Of a stretch of DNA of 21,759 bases, positions 19,457 through 21,759 are shown in pieces. The translations under genes and the position numbers were made by a program. Under the pieces are notes generated by a model, which worked only from the letters and a program-made list of their open reading frames with translations, made no database searches and was not told where the DNA came from. The stretch is from positions 1-21,759 of the forward strand of contig NW_021824818.1 in NCBI RefSeq assembly GCF_006345805.1, read 5' to 3'. Numbering within the stretch: the stretch's first letter is position 1; each line of letters begins with the position of its first letter. This DNA is from Octopus sinensis. Its lineage: Eukaryota.

Positions 19457-20275
19457 CAGTAATACCTCACTTCACGAGACCCCGGGTTCACGAGTTTTAT
19501 TTTTTCAGGCACAAGATCCAAATTCTGAACGAAGGGCGAAAGTTTCTACTACCGTAGCAAATCCTTCTGCGTGTTACCGAGAAATTTATAAACAGCTTCT
19601 TCTTCTAAGCAAACAACTCCAGGGTTGTTTTTTTTTAAAAAAAATCTACAAGTCCGTCTACGAGTGCTCGTGAATCGGCGATCGTGGTTATAAGTGATGG
19701 TGTCTAGTGCTGTGAGAAGTGATTCAGAAAACGATGATATCAATAATAATATTGTTTATATTACACAATGTGAGTGAGAACACTTGAGATATTTTTGGTA
19801 TCTAACATATGTCAGATACTGCGAGCGCTGCTTCTGATTGGTCAATCCATGGTGATGACCGAGGTCACGGTGACAGCGCTGCTTCTGATTGTCAATCCAT
19901 GTGATGACTTGAGGTCACGGTGACGGCACTACTTTTGTCATTCATAAGTTACAACTAACGTGAAGAATTTAGTTTATAGGTTAATAAATATGGTCGTTTA
20001 TTCGTGTGTAATAATAAAATACCAAATACGGTATCCATAGGGAACTCGTTTGGTATTCTCTATTTATTATAAATAATCTTGACAATCTTTTTTACTTTAC
20101 ATAAAATCTTCTTTACATTCTACTATTGCCATTTATTTACGAGCATTGTTATTTTCTGGGAATGAATTCCGATTTATGACATTGCTACTATGGGAAATTA
20201 CTGCTCTGCTTTACGAGTTCTCGCTTTACGAGTGGTCTCCGGGAACACATTAACTTGTATATCGGGGCATTGCTG
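19457..20275 (+). mobile_element. Tigger/pogo-type deletion derivative
   Basis: TA|cagtaatacctc ... ggggcattgctg|TA imperfect TIRs; subterminal (t/c)acgag repeats at both ends; 19509-19595 reads AQDPNSERRAKVSTTVANPSACYREIYKQ, like the Tigger transposase C-terminus (QDPNxER..CYR.IY). Confidence 0.8.
19826..19926 (+). repeat. Two tandem ~50 bp units inside the Tigger element
   Basis: agcgctgcttctgatt(g)gtcaatccat(g)gtgatgac..gaggtcacggtgac, twice. Confidence 0.9.
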
Positions 20276-20354
20276 TAGTTCTTGTACTTTGTGTTTGAGA
20301 TTTTTATGAGGTCACCTATTTCTACTATCTAATGTGCATTGGGTTCTTTTTAAT

Positions 20355-20440
20355 TATTATTATTATATTATTATTTTATTATTATTATTATTATATTATT
20401 ATTATTATTATTATTTTATTATTATTATTACTATTATATA
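20355..20440. repeat. (TTA)n microsatellite
   Basis: Direct reading. Confidence 0.95.
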
Positions 20441-20450
20441 TTCTGTTATT

Positions 20451-20660
20451 CTTTTACTTGTTTCAGTCATTTTAATGTGTGCCATGCTGGAGCACCGCCT
20501 TTATTCCGAGCAATCGCCCCGGACTATTCTTTGTAAGCCTTATTACTTTTCTATCGGTCTCTTTTGCCGAAGCCGCTAAGTTACGGGGACGTAAACGCAC
20601 CAGCATCAAGCGATGTTTGGGAGCGGGGAACATCGCACACAAACATATACACACCCAATA
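20451..20660 (-). mobile_element. SINE family B 3' half
   Basis: tttcagtcatttt...gccatgctggagcaccgcc...ctcttttgccgaagccgctaagttacggggacgtaaac. Confidence 0.85.
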
Positions 20661-20674
20661 CATAGCATCCATAT

Positions 20675-20707
20675 GGATCCCTCGTCGTCGTAACCGACGG
20701 AGTACCA
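20675..20707 (+). mobile_element. Family D 3'-terminal fragment
   Basis: ggatccctcgtcgtcgtaaccgacggagtacca matches the reverse complement of 19049-19080. Confidence 0.5.
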
Positions 20708-20832
20708 GTTTTTTTTTAAGATTTTATTAGATCACTTACAAATAATTCCCGTTTTGTGTCTCGTTTAGTTCCGAATGTTAGAAGAAAAAACTAGGTGATC
20801 GTTTATCAATAGGATTGTTATCAGTAACCTAT

Positions 20833-20854
20833 TTATTTGTTTGTTTGTTTATTT

Positions 20855-20890
<36 letters not shown>

Positions 20891-20892
20891 TT
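20833..20892. repeat. (TTTG)/(TTTA)n microsatellite
   Basis: Direct reading. Confidence 0.95.
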
Positions 20893-21010
20893 CAGTCATT
20901 TACATCAGTTTTCCAATAACTGAATATGTTTCTCGTGATATGTCGGGTGTTCCCTAGATATCAACGGAAATAAATTGGTTTATTTCCGTTAATATTTAAT
21001 AAATAAAAAA

Positions 21011-21625
21011 GGCGGCGAGCTGGAAGAAACATTAGCACGCCGGGTTGAAATGCTAAGCGGTATTTCGTCTGCCGTTACGTTCTGAGTTTAAATTCCGCCG
21101 AGGTCGACTTTGCCTTTCACCTTTCGGGGTCGATAAATTAAGTACCAGTTTACGACGCACTGGGGTCGATATAATCGACTTACTATTATTCCTTTCCTTC
21201 CTTGTTTGTCCTCTCTGTGTTTAGCCCCTTGTGGGTTAGTAAAGAATAGGTATTTTCATTTGCCGCTACGTTCTCAGTTCAAATTCCGCCTTGGTCGACT
21301 TTGCCTTTTCGCTTTCGGGATCAATCAATTAAGTACCAGTTACGCCTCGGAGTCGATGTACTACTCGACTTAATACCTATGTCTGTCCTTGTTTGTCCCC
21401 CATCTATGTTTAGCCACTTGTGGGAAGTAAAGAATATGTATTTCGTCTTCCGCTACGTTCTCAGTTCAATTCCGTCCGCCGAGGTCGACTTTGTCTTTCA
21501 TCCTTTCGGGGTCGATTAATAAGTATCCAGTTATGCACTGGGGTCGATATAATCGACTTAATCCATTTGTCTGTCCCTGTTTGTCCCCTCTGTGTTTAGC
21601 CCCTTGTGGGTAGTAAAGAATTAAG
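21011..21625 (+). mobile_element. SINE family A, head plus three units
   Basis: ggcggcgagctggaagaaac head; junctions aaagaatagg|tattttc (~21250) and aaagaatatg|tatttcg (~21438). Confidence 0.9.
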
Positions 21626-21662
21626 GAAATGAATTGGTTTGTCCAAATAACTGAATCGTTAA

Positions 21663-21759
21663 GGCGGCGAGCTGGCAGAATGGGTAGAGGCCCGGGCGAA
21701 AAGCTTAGCGGTGTTTCGTCCGTTCTTGCATTCTGAGTTCAAATTCCGCCGAGGTCGAC
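21663..21759 (+). mobile_element. SINE family A head, cut off by the window end
   Basis: ggcggcgagctggcagaatggg...gagttcaaattccgccgaggtcgac. Confidence 0.88.

Noticed and set aside
19549-19743. 64 aa minus-strand ORF
   Set aside because: It is antisense to the Tigger transposase remnant, which is on the plus strand.

Overview
AT-rich, repeat-saturated animal genomic DNA with no host-gene exon that I can recognise. The SINE families and microsatellite load resemble octopus (coleoid cephalopod) DNA, but this is recognition from memory, not a database result. Nearly all ORFs in the supplied track are microsatellite or SINE read-through. The centrepiece is a ~3.9 kb Penelope-like retroelement (PLE) insertion (10292-14194). 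It consists of two head-to-head 5'-truncated copies (RT C-terminal half, Cys-rich linker, GIY-YIG endonuclease, ~0.8 kb 3' UTR) forming a ~1.8 kb-arm palindrome with a 205 bp spacer, embedded in (TA)n. Two short (TA)n-anchored elements carry minimal type I hammerhead ribozyme motifs with a covarying stem II (17956-17991 +, 6911-6947 -). Also present: a DD37D (maT-type) transposase pseudogene split by a five-unit SINE array with a 10 bp target-site duplication, a mariner remnant, a Tigger/pogo deletion derivative, two Helitron 3' ends, several MITE/fold-back elements, and about 14 tRNA-derived SINE copies from three families. One SINE family forms head-to-tail multimers with a fixed self-complementary junction.
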